Source: Octopus sinensis (Eukaryota). From it: 64,000 nucleotides of DNA. A program made the position numbers and the translations under genes. The number at the start of each line of letters is the position of its first letter. Position 1 is the first letter of the stretch. The notes under the pieces are model-generated. The model searched no databases, was not told the origin of the DNA, and saw nothing but the letters and a program-made list of their open reading frames with translations. Location: NCBI RefSeq assembly GCF_006345805.1, contig NC_043014.1:7440001-7504000 (forward strand). Direction: 5' to 3'. Of the stretch, positions 52,590-64,000 are shown piece by piece.

Positions 52590-53287
52590 GAAATCATTTT
52601 TATTATTTACATTATTTACATTTTGACGGATATTTGTCCTCATCTTGTTTGTTGTTAAAACAACATTTCAGCTGATATACCTGTTTCTTTATTACCCACA
52701 AGGGGCTAAACATAGAGGAGACAAACAAGGACAGACATAGGTATTAAGTCGATTACATCGACCCCAGTGCGTAACTGGTACTTAATTTATCGACCCCGAA
52801 AGGATGAAAGGCAAAGTCGACCTCGGCGGAATTTGAACTCACAACGTAACAGCAGCCAAAATACCGCTAAGCATTTTGCCCGACGTGCTAACGTTTCTGC
52901 CAGCTCGCCGCCAGCTGATATACCCACCAGCCTTCATCAGGTATCTTGGGGAAATTTCGAACCTGGGTTCTCATTTTGAAAAGTAAAAATTTTGCATTAT
53001 GTAGCTTGTTATTCTCTTTAAGTAGACATTTTTCTGGTTGAAATACACCGAAAAATGGCAACACAGCAGTCAAAAAATCGTAAAAAATACAGATCTTCAT
53101 AGAAAAGCACCTTTTTGATGTAAATAATTTTTGGTGTTAACATGGTCCAATTTGAAGGAAGAACAAGCCTTCTTCTATCATACTCTCAATTTTGGTCAAC
53201 TTGCAATGTAGGGTCTCACAGGAGATAGTGTTAGTTGAAGGCTACCAAACTTGCCATACACAGACAACTTCAGCTTTATATACACAG

Positions 53288-53324
<37 letters not shown>

Positions 53325-53393
53325 TCACTGCCTGGAATGAAACTCGGAATCTTGGGATTAGTAGCCTGCACTCTTAACCACTACGCCATATGC
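52590..53393 (-). mobile_element. SINE family E copy interrupted by a family B SINE (52682-52911) and a Helitron fragment (52976-53288)
   Basis: Tail at 52590-52681, hammerhead half at 52912-52975, tRNA head at 53310-53393; 13-bp TSD cagctgatatacc around the inserted SINE. Confidence 0.75.
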
Positions 53394-53412
53394 CCGTGTA
53401 AATAATATACAT

Positions 53413-53571
53413 CAGGAGTGGCTGTGTGGTAAGTAGCTTGCTTACCAACCACTTGGTTCCGGGTTCAGTCCCACTGTGTGGCACCTTGGGCAAGTGTCTT
53501 CTACTATAGCCTCGGGCCAACCAAAGCCTTGTGAGTGGATTTGGTAGATGGAAACTGAAAGAAGCCCGTCG

Positions 53572-53649
<78 letters not shown>

Positions 53650-53825
53650 CTTGACAACTGATGCTGGTGTGTTTATGTCCCCGTAACTTAGTGGTTCGGC
53701 AAAAGAGACCGATAGAATAAGTACTGGGCTTACAAAGAATAAGATTTGGGGTCGATTTGCTCGATTAAAGGCGGTGCTCCAGCATGGCCGCAGTCAAATG
53801 ACTGAAACAAGTAAAAGAGTAAAAA
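53413..53825 (+). mobile_element. SINE family A
   Basis: Full structure. Confidence 0.8.
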
Positions 53826-53976
53826 GTATCTCTTAAATATAGAACTGAAGAAGTCAGTTATTTCACACGTCTTCAAGTACATGAAAAATGAAGACATTTA
53901 AAAATTGAAAAAAAAAAGAAAGCATAGTTTCTTCTTTAAGAATTTGAAGATTTACGGAAAATAATTTTGCAGTTAC

Positions 53977-54154
53977 CCATTTTTTTGGTGAAAGCCCTGG
54001 GTTTTGGTTGCCAGCAGATTCCAAGAAGATATATAGGATACCCGAGCAATGAAATTACGACGCCAGCTAACATTTGGTTTGGTTTTTGGTAAATTCCCAG
54101 AGCAAGGACAGCGCTGAAGAATAAAGCGTGGGAGACTGGCATCCACATGGGGAC
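53977..54154 (-). CDS. SLC7A: SLC7/LAT transporter exon (178 bp, TM11-12)
   Basis: attttccag|...ATG G|gtaact; VPMWMPVSHALFFSAVLALGIYQKPNQMLAGVVISLLGYPIYLLGICWQPKPRAFTKKM with family G.P.Y...W..KP. Confidence 0.92.
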
Positions 54155-54273
54155 CTGGAAAATATTATAAAAGAAATATTGTAAAAGCTGTTTCTAAATA
54201 GAATGAGATGATTGGGTCTTTGAGATCTCTTTCTTTCTTTTGTCATCTTAACGTTTTTACCAATATATATATA

Positions 54274-54878
54274 GGCGCAGGAGTGGCTGTGTGGTAAGTA
54301 GCTTGCTAACCAACCACATGGTTCTGGGTTCAGTCCCACTGCGTGGCATCTTGGGCAAGTGTCTTCTTCTATAGCCCCAGGCAGACCAATGCCTTGTGAG
54401 TAGATTTGGTAGACGGAAACTGAAAAGAAGCCCGTCGTATATATATATATATATATATATATAGGCGCTGAGTGGCTGTGTGGTAAGTAGCTTGCTTACC
54501 AACTACATGGTTCCGGGTTCAGTCCCACTGCGTGGCATCTTGGACAAGTGTCTTCTGCTATAGCCCCGGGCCAACCAATGCCTTGTGAGTGAATTTGGTA
54601 GACGGAAACTGAAAGAAGCCCGTCGTATATATGTATATATATATGTGTATGTGTGTTTGTGTGTGTGTGTTTGTCTCCCTAGCATTGCTTGACAACCGAT
54701 GCTGGTGTGTTTACGTACCCGTCACTTAGTGGTTCGGGAAAAGAGACCGATAGAATAAGTACTGGGCTTACAAAGAATAAGTCCCGGGGTCGATTTGCTC
54801 GACTAAAGGCGGTGCTCCAGCATGGCTGCAGTCAAATGACTGAAACAAGTAAAAGAGTAAAAGAGAGAGAGTAAAGAG
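54274..54878 (+). mobile_element. SINE family A with duplicated 5' half
   Basis: Head segment 54274-54440 followed by a second copy from 54464. Confidence 0.78.
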
Positions 54879-55354
54879 TATATGTTCTGTAACCATCGAC
54901 TCTGCTCTATTCAGCTATAGTATATTTAGATCTCTGTCATTTACTGTATCCCTCTCTTTTCTTTCTGTTTTTCAGGACAGCTGATGGAGACTTGACTGCT
55001 ATTTCTAGCAAATCAATAATCATGACAGAGGACCAAGATATGTGGTGCTTTGCTGTCCTCAAGAAGACCTGCCCACCACAACAGAACTGAGATTCTGAAA
55101 CCAAGGTATAGCATAAGAAAGCATTGATCTGGGTGTTGGTGCCACATAAAAAGCACCCAGTTCACTCTGCAAAGTGGGTGACATTAAGAAAGGCATCTGG
55201 CTGTAGAAACCAAGCCAAGGCTATGGAATAGGGTATGACTTCTAGCCCTGTCATTTCCCCTCAAGCCATCCAACTCATGCCAGCATAGAAAACAAGCATT
55301 AAATGATGAGACGATGATGATGTGGCCATCCCCTCTTAGTTTTATTCAGCTATT

Positions 55355-55760
55355 CTTTCTCTCTTTTACTTGTTTCAGTCATTTGACTGCGGCCATGCTG
55401 GAGCACCGCCTTTAGTCGAGCAAATCGACCCCGGGACTTATTCTTTGTACGCCCAGTACTTATTCTATCGGTATCTTTTGCTGAACCGCCAAGTGACGGG
55501 TACGTAAACACACCAGCATCGGTTGTCAAGCAATGCTAGGGGGACAAACACAGACACACAAACATACACGCACACACATATATATATACATATATACAAC
55601 AGGCTTCTTTTCAGTTTCCGTCTACCAAATGCACTCACAAGGCATTGGTCGGCCCGGGGCTATAGCAGAAGACACTTGCCCAAGATACCACGCAGTGGGA
55701 CTGATCCCGGAACCATGGGGTTGGTAGGCAAGCTACTTACCACACAGCCACTCCTGCGCC
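55355..55760 (-). mobile_element. SINE family A
   Basis: Full structure. Confidence 0.8.
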
Positions 55761-55898
55761 TAGGACTATGTTACCTAATGTGTCCTTCCTTTTTAGTATT
55801 GGTGGAGATTTGACTGATATTTCTAGCAGACTTAGCAACCACATCTAGCCCCGCCTCCCTCGTACCTCATCAGCACTGAACGATCAAGTGGTACTCAC

Positions 55899-56048
55899 CT
55901 TGTAGGGCCGTTTCACGTTAGGCTGTTTGATTTTGTAGTATATCAAGGCTACTGCAATGACCAGTGCGACCAAACAGGAGATGAAACTGACCAGGTCCAG
56001 CAGGAAGTCCATTCCTCCACTGTATAATACAACCAATGACCAAGCGCA
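55899..56048 (-). CDS. SLC7A: SLC7/LAT transporter exon (150 bp, TM9-10)
   Basis: ttttttttgcag|...AAG|gtgagt; CAWSLVVLYSGGMDFLLDLVSFISCLVALVIAVALIYYKIKQPNVKRPYK with the family P...RP.K motif. Confidence 0.92.
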
Positions 56049-56624
56049 CTGCAAAAAAAAATTCAATCAGAGTACAGTGGACAGTTTATATAATATTCTT
56101 TTCTACTCTAGGCACAAGGCCTGAAATTTTGGGGAGGGGGGCCAGTTGATTAGATCGACCCCAATATGCAACAGGTACTTAATTTATCGACTCTGAAAGG
56201 ATGAAAGGCAAAGTCGACCTCGGCAGAATTTGAACTCAGAACGTAAAGACAGACGAAATACTTATTTCTTTACTACCCACAAGGGGCTAAACACAGAGAG
56301 GACAAAAAAAGGACAGACATAGGTATTAAGTCGATTACATCGACCCCAGTACGCAACTAGTACTTAATTTATCGACTCTGAAAGGATGAAAGGCAAAGTC
56401 GACCTCGGCAGAATTTGAACTCAGAACGTAAAGACAGACAAAATACCTATTTCTTTACTACCCACAAGGGGCTAAACATAGAGGGGACAAACAAAGTGGT
56501 AGGGGACAAACAGATGCAAAGACACACAGACACATGCATACAAACACTTCACACATACATTCACATGCACACATACATTCACACACACACACACATGCAC
56601 ACACACATACACACACATATGTGT

Positions 56625-56657
<33 letters not shown>

Positions 56658-56990
56658 AGGGACTGTCTGTGTAACTCAGGTGGAACAAATAACACTCAAG
56701 GGTTTGACTTCTTGACTGATGGTTTTGGTGTGGAAACCCCTCACCAATCTTTAAAAGTATCCCAAAGGACTTTGATGTTAACATTTCTCACCAATCTGTG
56801 GAAATTTCCTAAAGGATTTTGATGTGGAGAGCCTTTACCAGCCTGTGAAGGCTTCCCAAAGGTTCTTCACTCAGACAACCTTCACAAATATGTAAAGGTT
56901 TCTCAAAGATTTTTGATTTGGACTTTTCAATGAATAAAAAATAAATGAGTAAACTCAAAAAAATTACTGAAGAGTTTACAATGAAATATA

Positions 56991-57181
56991 GGCACAGGAG
57001 TGGCTGTGTGGTAAGTAGCTTGTTTACCAACCACATGGTTCCGGGTTCAGTCCCACTGCGTGGCATCTTGGGCAAGTGTCTTCTGCTATAGCCCCGAGCC
57101 GACCAATGCCTTGTGAGTGGATTTGGTAGACGGAAGCTGAAAGAAGCCTGTTGTATATATGTATATATATATATATATATG

Positions 57182-57228
<47 letters not shown>

Positions 57229-57458
57229 GTGTGTGTGTTTTTGTGTCTGTGTTTGCTCCCTAGCATTGCTTGACAACCGATGCTGGTGTGTTTACGTCTA
57301 CGTCACTTAGAGGTTCGGCAAAAGAGCCCGATAGAATAAGTACTGGGCTTACAAAGAATAAGTCCCAGGGTCGATTTGCTCGACTAAACGCGGTGCTCCA
57401 GCACGGCCGCAGTCAAATGACTGAAACAAGTGAAAGAGTACAAGAGTAAAAGAGTAAA
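56991..57458 (+). mobile_element. SINE family A
   Basis: Full structure, ending about 12 bp from the SLC7 exon donor at 57470. Confidence 0.8.
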
Positions 57459-57470
57459 GCAGAAACCTAC

Positions 57471-57567
57471 CAGCACCCATATTGAGGGCCATGGCGTCAG
57501 GTATTTGATATGTAACATACCAAAGAGAAGAGGTGCAGCCTTGTGACGAGCAGCGGCAAATAGGACC
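57471..57567 (-). CDS. SLC7A: SLC7/LAT transporter exon (97 bp)
   Basis: cttgtttcag|G...CTG|gtaggt; (R)VLFAAARHKAAPLLFGMLHIKYLTPWPSIWVL aligns to LFFVGSREGHLP..L.MIH....TP.PSL. Phase is compatible with both neighbours. Confidence 0.92.
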
Positions 57568-57743
57568 CTGAAACAAGATAAGATATTGGAACTGATGTTG
57601 GTATTTGACAGATTGAAGCATCGTTAGGGAAAATAAAATGAGAGATGAACGTTGATGTGTTTGGTAAAACTTAGATCACTTCAATGTTTTTGTTACCATA
57701 TTTCTGTTGAAATATATTCCTGTTGTTTCAATTTATTATTTAA

Positions 57744-58724
57744 CGCATTCATTACCAACCTGGTCAAAACTGCCTCTGGCTCTATTGTACAAATGTTTTG
57801 TTTTCATAAGTTTTGAATTAAAATCTTCCACCAAACCTTAGTCACAATTTATGTTCCTAACACTAACTTAATGATAAGTTCTTTTACTAAATTCTTTGTT
57901 ATAATTAAAATTAATTGAAAGAAACACAGAGCATCTCAACAGAAATATGGTAACAAAAAGGTTAAAATATATGTAATAGAGAAACAATTCTTAACCCTTT
58001 TGATACCAACCTGGCTGAAACCACCTTTGGCTCTGAGTACAAATGTCTTGTTTTCATAAGTTCTGAATTAAAATCTTCCACCAAACCTTAGTCACAATTT
58101 ATGTTCCTTACTCTAGCTTAATGATAACAAAGTTATTTTACTAAATTCTTTGTTATATTTAAAATTAATTGAAAGAAACACAGAGCATCTCAACAGAAAT
58201 TTGGTAACAAAAGGCTTGAAATATATATAATAGAGAAACAATTCTTAATCCTTTTGATACCAACCTGGCTGAAACCACTTCTGGCCCTGTAGTACAAATG
58301 TTTTGTTTTCAAAAGTTTTGAATTAAAATCTTCTACCAAACCTTAGTCACAATTTATGTTCCTAACACTAGCTGAATGATAACTAAGTTATTTTACTAAA
58401 TTCTTTGTTATATTTAAAATTAATTGAAAGAAACACAGAGCATCTCAACAGAAATATGGTAACAAAAGGGTTAAAATATATATAATAGAGAAACAATTCT
58501 TAATCCTTTTGATACCAACCCGGCTGAAACCAGGTCTGGCTCTGTAGTACAAATGTCTTGTTTCCAAATGTTCTGAATTAAAATCTTCCACCAAACCTTA
58601 GTCACAATTTATGTTCCTATCACTAGCTTAATGATAACTAAGTCATTCTACTAAATTTTTCGTTATATTTAAAGTAATTGAAAGAAATGCAGAGCATCTC
58701 AAAATGAATACAGTAACGAAAGGG
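57744..58724. mobile_element. piggyBac-like MITE composite (4 tandem ~253-bp units)
   Basis: TTAA at 57740, 57991, 58245, 58500 and 58725; final terminus GTAACGAAAGGG|TTAA. Confidence 0.7.
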
Positions 58725-59228
58725 TTAAAATGAAGGATTTAGTAAAATAACATTGTCATTATGAAGCTGGTATTTGATACATTAATTAACATGGAATTTT
58801 GACTGAAGAAGGCCTTCATTCAGATCACTTTAACTCTTTTGGTACCATATTTTTGCTGAGATATACTAAAGGGGCAATCTCAAAATATCGAAAACCCTCC
58901 TTAACAAATAAATTGAAACCAGCCATTAACAAAAGGAAGGAACTACATGAAGCAGACTAGTTGCTATAGCAACAGCAGTCCACTCATGTCACTTTCCTCC
59001 TTCCTCCTCTGTCCCCACCTCACCCACTTATGAGCAATAAACATTTTTGCAAATGTCCTGATGAAGGAGTCTTTTCCAAATGTCCTGATGAAAGAGTCTT
59101 CACCCACAAAATATAGAAATGCAAGGTGAAGCTGCTGCACTTTTGTCCTGTTGCCTTTTCAATTTGAAGTTTACTTTACATCTTCTTGCATTGTTCCGGC
59201 TTTACACGATTACATTCTTTAAATTTAC

Positions 59229-59530
59229 AATTGCAGCGTGGAAGGTGTTTATAAGCCATTTAAAAATGCACAAAAACCGTTAGATTCATTTCAACATTTA
59301 AATTTAATTCGACGAAAATATTTTCATCACTTTGACAAAATTCCGTGCTGCATCTGGGAAAGATGAGGCACAGAATTTTGTCAGTGAACGGGTTGTGGTC
59401 TCAAAGCGACAAAAATATTTTGGCAAATTAAATTTAAATGTTGAAGTGAATCTAACGGTTTTTGTGTGTTTTTAAATTCCATGCAGCAATTGTTTTTGTT
59501 TCAGCACACGATCTCAGATCAGGTCACTTG
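59229..59530. mobile_element. MITE with long internal inverted repeats (second copy at 62281-62560)
   Basis: aaaaaccgttagattcatttcaacatttaaatttaatt and its reverse complement occur at both loci. Confidence 0.6.
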
Positions 59531-59858
59531 CTATGCAAGTACATCGCCGTAATTCTTTAAATTATTCTTCACAATGCTTCTCAAAAACTACCTCATTTTC
59601 GTTGCAATTAATTTTGAAAATAACAAGGAATTTAATAAAATAATTTTGCCATTATTAAGCTGAAAATTGAAAGAAGCCCTGTTCAGCAAAAGATACTGAT
59701 AGAATAAGTATTAGGCTTTTAAAAAAAATAAACCCCAGGGTCTATTCATTCAACTAAAAAAAAACCCCTTAAGGCGATGCTCCAGCATGGCCACAGTAAA
59801 ATGATGGAAACAAGTAAAAGAATAGGTTTAATGAGAAATAAGAAAGTGGATTGCATAC

Positions 59859-59962
59859 CTTGAGTGTCCCATAACAGAAGCATTCAAGGCTCCGACTGAT
59901 GTGAAGGCAACACAGGCTGATATCATAATCGTTAAAGGATGGTATAGTCTTTGGATGTACAG
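59859..59962 (-). CDS. SLC7A: SLC7/LAT transporter exon (104 bp, TM8)
   Basis: tttctcag|...AG|gtatgc; LYIQRLYHPLTIMISACVAFTSVGALNASVMGHS(R) aligns to family VALSCFGGLNASI..ASR. Confidence 0.92.
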
Positions 59963-61111
59963 CTGAGAAACATGAAATAAATGAGAGTTGGTTAACTGTA
60001 AATTAACATTGTTGCAATGCCTAGGATATGAACCCCATTCTCTAAGTACCATGAATTGACCATACAATTATTATGTCAAGCTTTGGGATTTGTTTATGGC
60101 TCATAAAAGGGCACCATTCAAGTGTGATCGTTACCAGTGTCGACTTACAGGCACTTGTGCGCGTGCTAGTAGGGTGCCAAGAGCACCATCTGAGCATGAT
60201 TGTTGCCAGAGCGGCCAACTGGCCTCCGTGCCGGTGGCACGTGAAGGGTCACCATTCAAGCGTGATCGTTACCAACATCGCCTTACTGGCACTTGTGCCC
60301 GTGCTAGTATGATGCCAAGAGCACCATCCAAGTGTGATCGTTGCCAGTGCAGCCAACTGGCTCTGTGCTGGTGGCACGTGAAGGGGCACCATTCGAGCGT
60401 GATCGTTACCAGCGTCGCCTTACTGGCATTTGTGCCCGTGCTAGAAGGGTGCCAAGAGCACCATCTGAGCGTGATCGTTGCCAGAGCAGCCAACTGGCCT
60501 CTGTGCCGGTGGCACGTGAAGAGGCACCAATCGAGCGTGATCATTACCAACGTCGCCTTACTGGCATCTGTGCCGGTGGCATGTGTAAAAAGATTCGAGC
60601 GAGGTCGTTGCCAGTGCCGCCTGACTGGCCCTCATGCCGGTGGCACGTAAAAAGCACCCACTACATTCTTGGAGTGGTTGGCATTAGGAAGGGCATCCAA
60701 CTGTAGAAATTCTGCCAAATCAAGATTGGAGCCTGGTGCAACCATCTGGTTCGCCAGCCCTCAGTCAAAATCGTCCAACCCATGCTAGCAGGGAAAGCGG
60801 ACATTAAACGATGATGATGATGATGATGATAAGCATTTGTATAAGAACAAGGATCAAATAGCCATGAACTGCAGATTTCTATCTTGCCATAGTGGAAGCA
60901 GAACCACCAGCAGAATGTATGAGAAGGGGTAACAACATCAACTGTGGTCCCGAAGCAGTGGAATCAGCTGTGTGCCCCTCTTTATTTTAATTACAATATA
61001 TACGAGGAAAAAACACCGGATGGGTTCACATAAAACTCATTCATGCCATGTGGACTGGCAGTTTTTAATTATTTAAACAAAAAGGAGCACTCCGTCCGGT
61101 TACAACGACGA

Positions 61112-61897
61112 AAAGGCGGCGAGCTGGCAGCAACGTTAGCACACCAGGCGAAATTCTTAGCAGTATTTCGTCTGCCGCTACGTTCTGAGTTCAAATTCCG
61201 CCGAGGTCGACTTTGCCTTTCATCCTTTCGGGGTCAATTAAATAAGTACCAGTTACGCACTGGGGTCGATGTAATCGACTTAATCCATTTGTCTGTCCTT
61301 GTTTGTCCCCTCTATGTTTAGCCCCTTGTGGGTAGTAAAGAAATAGGTATTTTGTCTGCTGCTACGTTCTGAGTTCAAATTCCGCCGAGGTCGACTTTGC
61401 CTTTCATCCTTTCGGGGTCGATTAAATAAGTACCAGTTACGCACTTGGGTCGATGTAATCGACTTAATCCATTTGTCTGTCCTTGTTTGTCCCCTCTATG
61501 TTTAGCCCCTTGTGGGTAGTAAAGAAATAGGTATTTTGTCTGCTGCTACGTTCTGAGTTCAAATTCCGCCGAGGTCGACTTTGCCTTTCATCCTTTCGGG
61601 GTCGATTAAATAAGTACCAGCTACGTACTGGGGTTGATATAATTGACTTAATCCGTTTGTCTGTCCTTGGTTGTCCTCTCTGTGTTTAGCCCCTTGTGAG
61701 TAGTAAAAAAATAGGTATTTCGTCTGCCGCTACGTTCTGAGTTCAAATTCCACTGAGGTCGACTTTGCCTTTCATCTTTTCGGGGTCAATTAAATAAGTA
61801 CCAGTTACGCACTGGGGTCGATATAATCGACTTAATCCGTTTGTCTATTCTTGTTTGTCCTCTCTGAGTTTAGCCCCTTGTGGGTAGTAAAGAAATG
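61112..61897 (+). mobile_element. SINE family B 4-unit array with 14-bp TSD
   Basis: ggttacaacgacga at 61098-61111 and 61898-61911; units restart at 61347, 61531 and 61715. Confidence 0.8.
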
Positions 61898-62917
61898 GGT
61901 TACAACGACGAGGGTCCCAGCTGATACGATCAACGGAAATTAACATGCAAGTGACTGAGCAATCCACACACACGTGTACCCTTAACGAAGTTCTCAGGGA
62001 GATTCAGTGTGACACAGAGTGTGACAAGGCTGGCCCTTTGAAATACAGGTACAACACATTTTTGCCAGATGAGTGGACTGGGGCAACATGAAATAAAGTG
62101 CCTTGCTCAAGACACAATACATCGCCGGGAATTGAACTCATGACCTTACAATCGTGAGCCGAATGCCCTAACCACTAAACCACATGCCTTCACATTTAAA
62201 CAATATATAGCATATAAATGGCGGTGCCCCAGCATGGCCACAGCTCATGAGCTGAAACTAGATAAAATATAAAAAATAAATTTAAAAACACGCAAAAACC
62301 GTTAGATTCATTTCAACATTTAAATTTAATTTGTCAAAATATTTTCGTCACTTTGAGACCGCGACCTGTTCACTGACAAAATTCCGATCAGGTCACAGTC
62401 TCAAAGCAATGAAAATATTTTGACAAATTAAATTTAAATGTTGAAGTGAATCTAACAGTTTTTGTGTGTTTTTAAATGGCTTATAACCACCTTCCACGCT
62501 GCAATTGTTTTTGTTTCAGTACACGATCTCAGATCAGGTCACTTGCTATGCAAGTACATCTCTGTAATATACAGCATTTGTTTTATATTTATTAGGAGTT
62601 CAATACACTACAGTATGTTCTATTTATTGATGAATCAGCTTGCAAGAGATCATGCTACAAAGATAGAACATCATCCCAAATGTCCTTGGGGGAGGTCATG
62701 CCCTTTCCTCTAGTTATAAGCAGTCTGGCATTAAAAATTAAGCAGAGAATTGAGGCCACCACAGAAAACACACACCTAACCTCTCACCACAAGCAAGCCA
62801 GACCAGGGCAAAGCTCTGTAGCAAGATCTGACTGGCTAGCATATCCTTGTCTCTTGCAATAAGATTAAAAATGGTGAAGTAAAAAATAAAATAAATAAAT
62901 AAAGAAATAAAGAAATA

Positions 62918-63320
62918 GGCGCAGGAGTGGCTGTGTGGTAAGTAGCTTGCTAACCAACCACACGGTTCCGGGTTCAATCCCAGTGCATGGCACCTTGGCA
63001 AGTGTCTTCTACTATAGTCTTGGGCCGACCAAAGCCTTGTGAGTGGATTTGGTAGACGGAAACTGAAAAGAAGCCTGTCGTATATATGTATATATATATA
63101 TATATGCGTGTGTGTGTTTGTGTGTCTGTGTTTGTCCCCCTAGCATTGCTTGACAACCGATGCTGGTGTGTTTATGTCCCCGTTACTTAGCGGTTCGGCA
63201 AAAGAGACTGATAGAAGAAGTACTGGGCTTACAAAAAGAATAAACCCAGGGTCGGGTTGCTCGATTAAAGGTGGTGCTCCAGCATGGCTGCAGTCAAATG
63301 ACTGAAACAAGTAAAAGAGT
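62918..63320 (+). mobile_element. SINE family A
   Basis: Full structure. Confidence 0.8.
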
Positions 63321-63364
63321 GGAAAAAACCCCTAAAAACCCCTCAGAAATTATGAAATACTTAC

Positions 63365-63488
63365 AAGTGCCACAGCATTGGATTGGAGGACTTCGTGTTT
63401 GGTCAGGAGTGTCATGTAGGCCAAAAGTGTGAGAATATATTTGGTGATGGTGACAATAAAAGTAATGGTCACACCACGTGGTAGGTCC
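63365..63488 (-). CDS. SLC7A: SLC7/LAT-family amino acid transporter light chain, most 5' exon visible (124 bp, TM7)
   Basis: cattcaag|G...CTT|gtaagt; (R)DLPRGVTITFIVTITKYILTLLAYMTLLTKHEVLQSNAVAL aligns to family RNLPLAI..S.PIVT..YILTNVAY...L....L.S.AVAV. The exact orthologue cannot be assigned. Confidence 0.9.
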
Positions 63489-64000
63489 CTTGAATGGGGG
63501 TTAGATTGAAAGAAAAAACACAAAACAAAAATAAATGAAACAAAAAAAGAAAAGAAAAGATTAAAAGCAGATAACAAAAAATAACCCCTACAAAACCCCA
63601 GTAACTGAATAAATGTTAGGAAGGGCATCCAGACATAAAGACCGTGCTGAAACAGAGACAGTAGCCTGGTGCAGTCTTCTGCATGGCCAGCGCTTGTCAA
63701 ACCGTCCAACCCATGTCAGCATAGAAGACAAATGTTAAAGGATGATGATGAATATACCCCTAGGGGGGATTGCCCGACATAGGTTGTGTTGTTGTTGGTG
63801 GTGGTGGTTTGTTTGCTTGTTTGTTGAGCGAAGTGGTCTTCATCCTCTTGGGAGAAGTCCAAAATGTGGTCCTTTGCTATTTGTAAGACCCACAGAAGAG
63901 AAAGCAGGTCAAGCCCCGACACCGAGAGCATCGACGGATGGATGAATGCGCATCCAGGCTCAGTGGTTGCGTAGGAAGCCGGGGAGGACAAGAAACAGGA

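Noticed and set aside
53936-53976. Read-through C-terminus GNCKIIFRKSSNS* of the ORF at 53936-54148
   Set aside because: A donor at the family-typical phase-1 position and a well-matching terminal exon at 34352-34404 explain the gene better; intron retention is not excluded.
57740-61911. Regular arrays that superficially resemble CRISPR repeats
   Set aside because: Units are 180-255 bp transposon-derived repeats without unique spacers, in eukaryotic DNA with no cas genes.

Overview
Repeat-dominated eukaryotic genomic DNA, very probably an octopus (inferred from the SINE, LINE and microsatellite landscape). Two convergent protein-coding genes are supported. On + is the last coding exon of a neutral sphingomyelinase 2 (SMPD3-like) gene at 8038-8133. 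On - are the last six coding exons of a divergent SLC7/LAT-family amino acid transporter light chain (63365-63488, 59859-59962, 57471-57567, 55899-56048, 53977-54154, 34352-34404), which splice with GT-AG sites into one open 706-bp frame. Between them is a tandemly duplicated, frame-preserving candidate terminal exon of an unidentified gene (28940-29046, 29489-29592). The rest is tRNA-derived SINEs of several families, RTE and CR1-like LINE remnants, Penelope-like fragments, a full-length decayed mariner, a MULE fragment, non-autonomous Helitrons, hAT and piggyBac-like MITEs, long palindromes and microsatellites. The most unusual signal is a set of minimal type I hammerhead ribozyme motifs. 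One of them is built into a tRNA-headed SINE (four copies here), and one with all core bases intact lies sense in the last intron of the transporter. Almost all ORFs in the supplied track are microsatellite or SINE artefacts. All alignments were done by eye; repeat coordinates are approximate.
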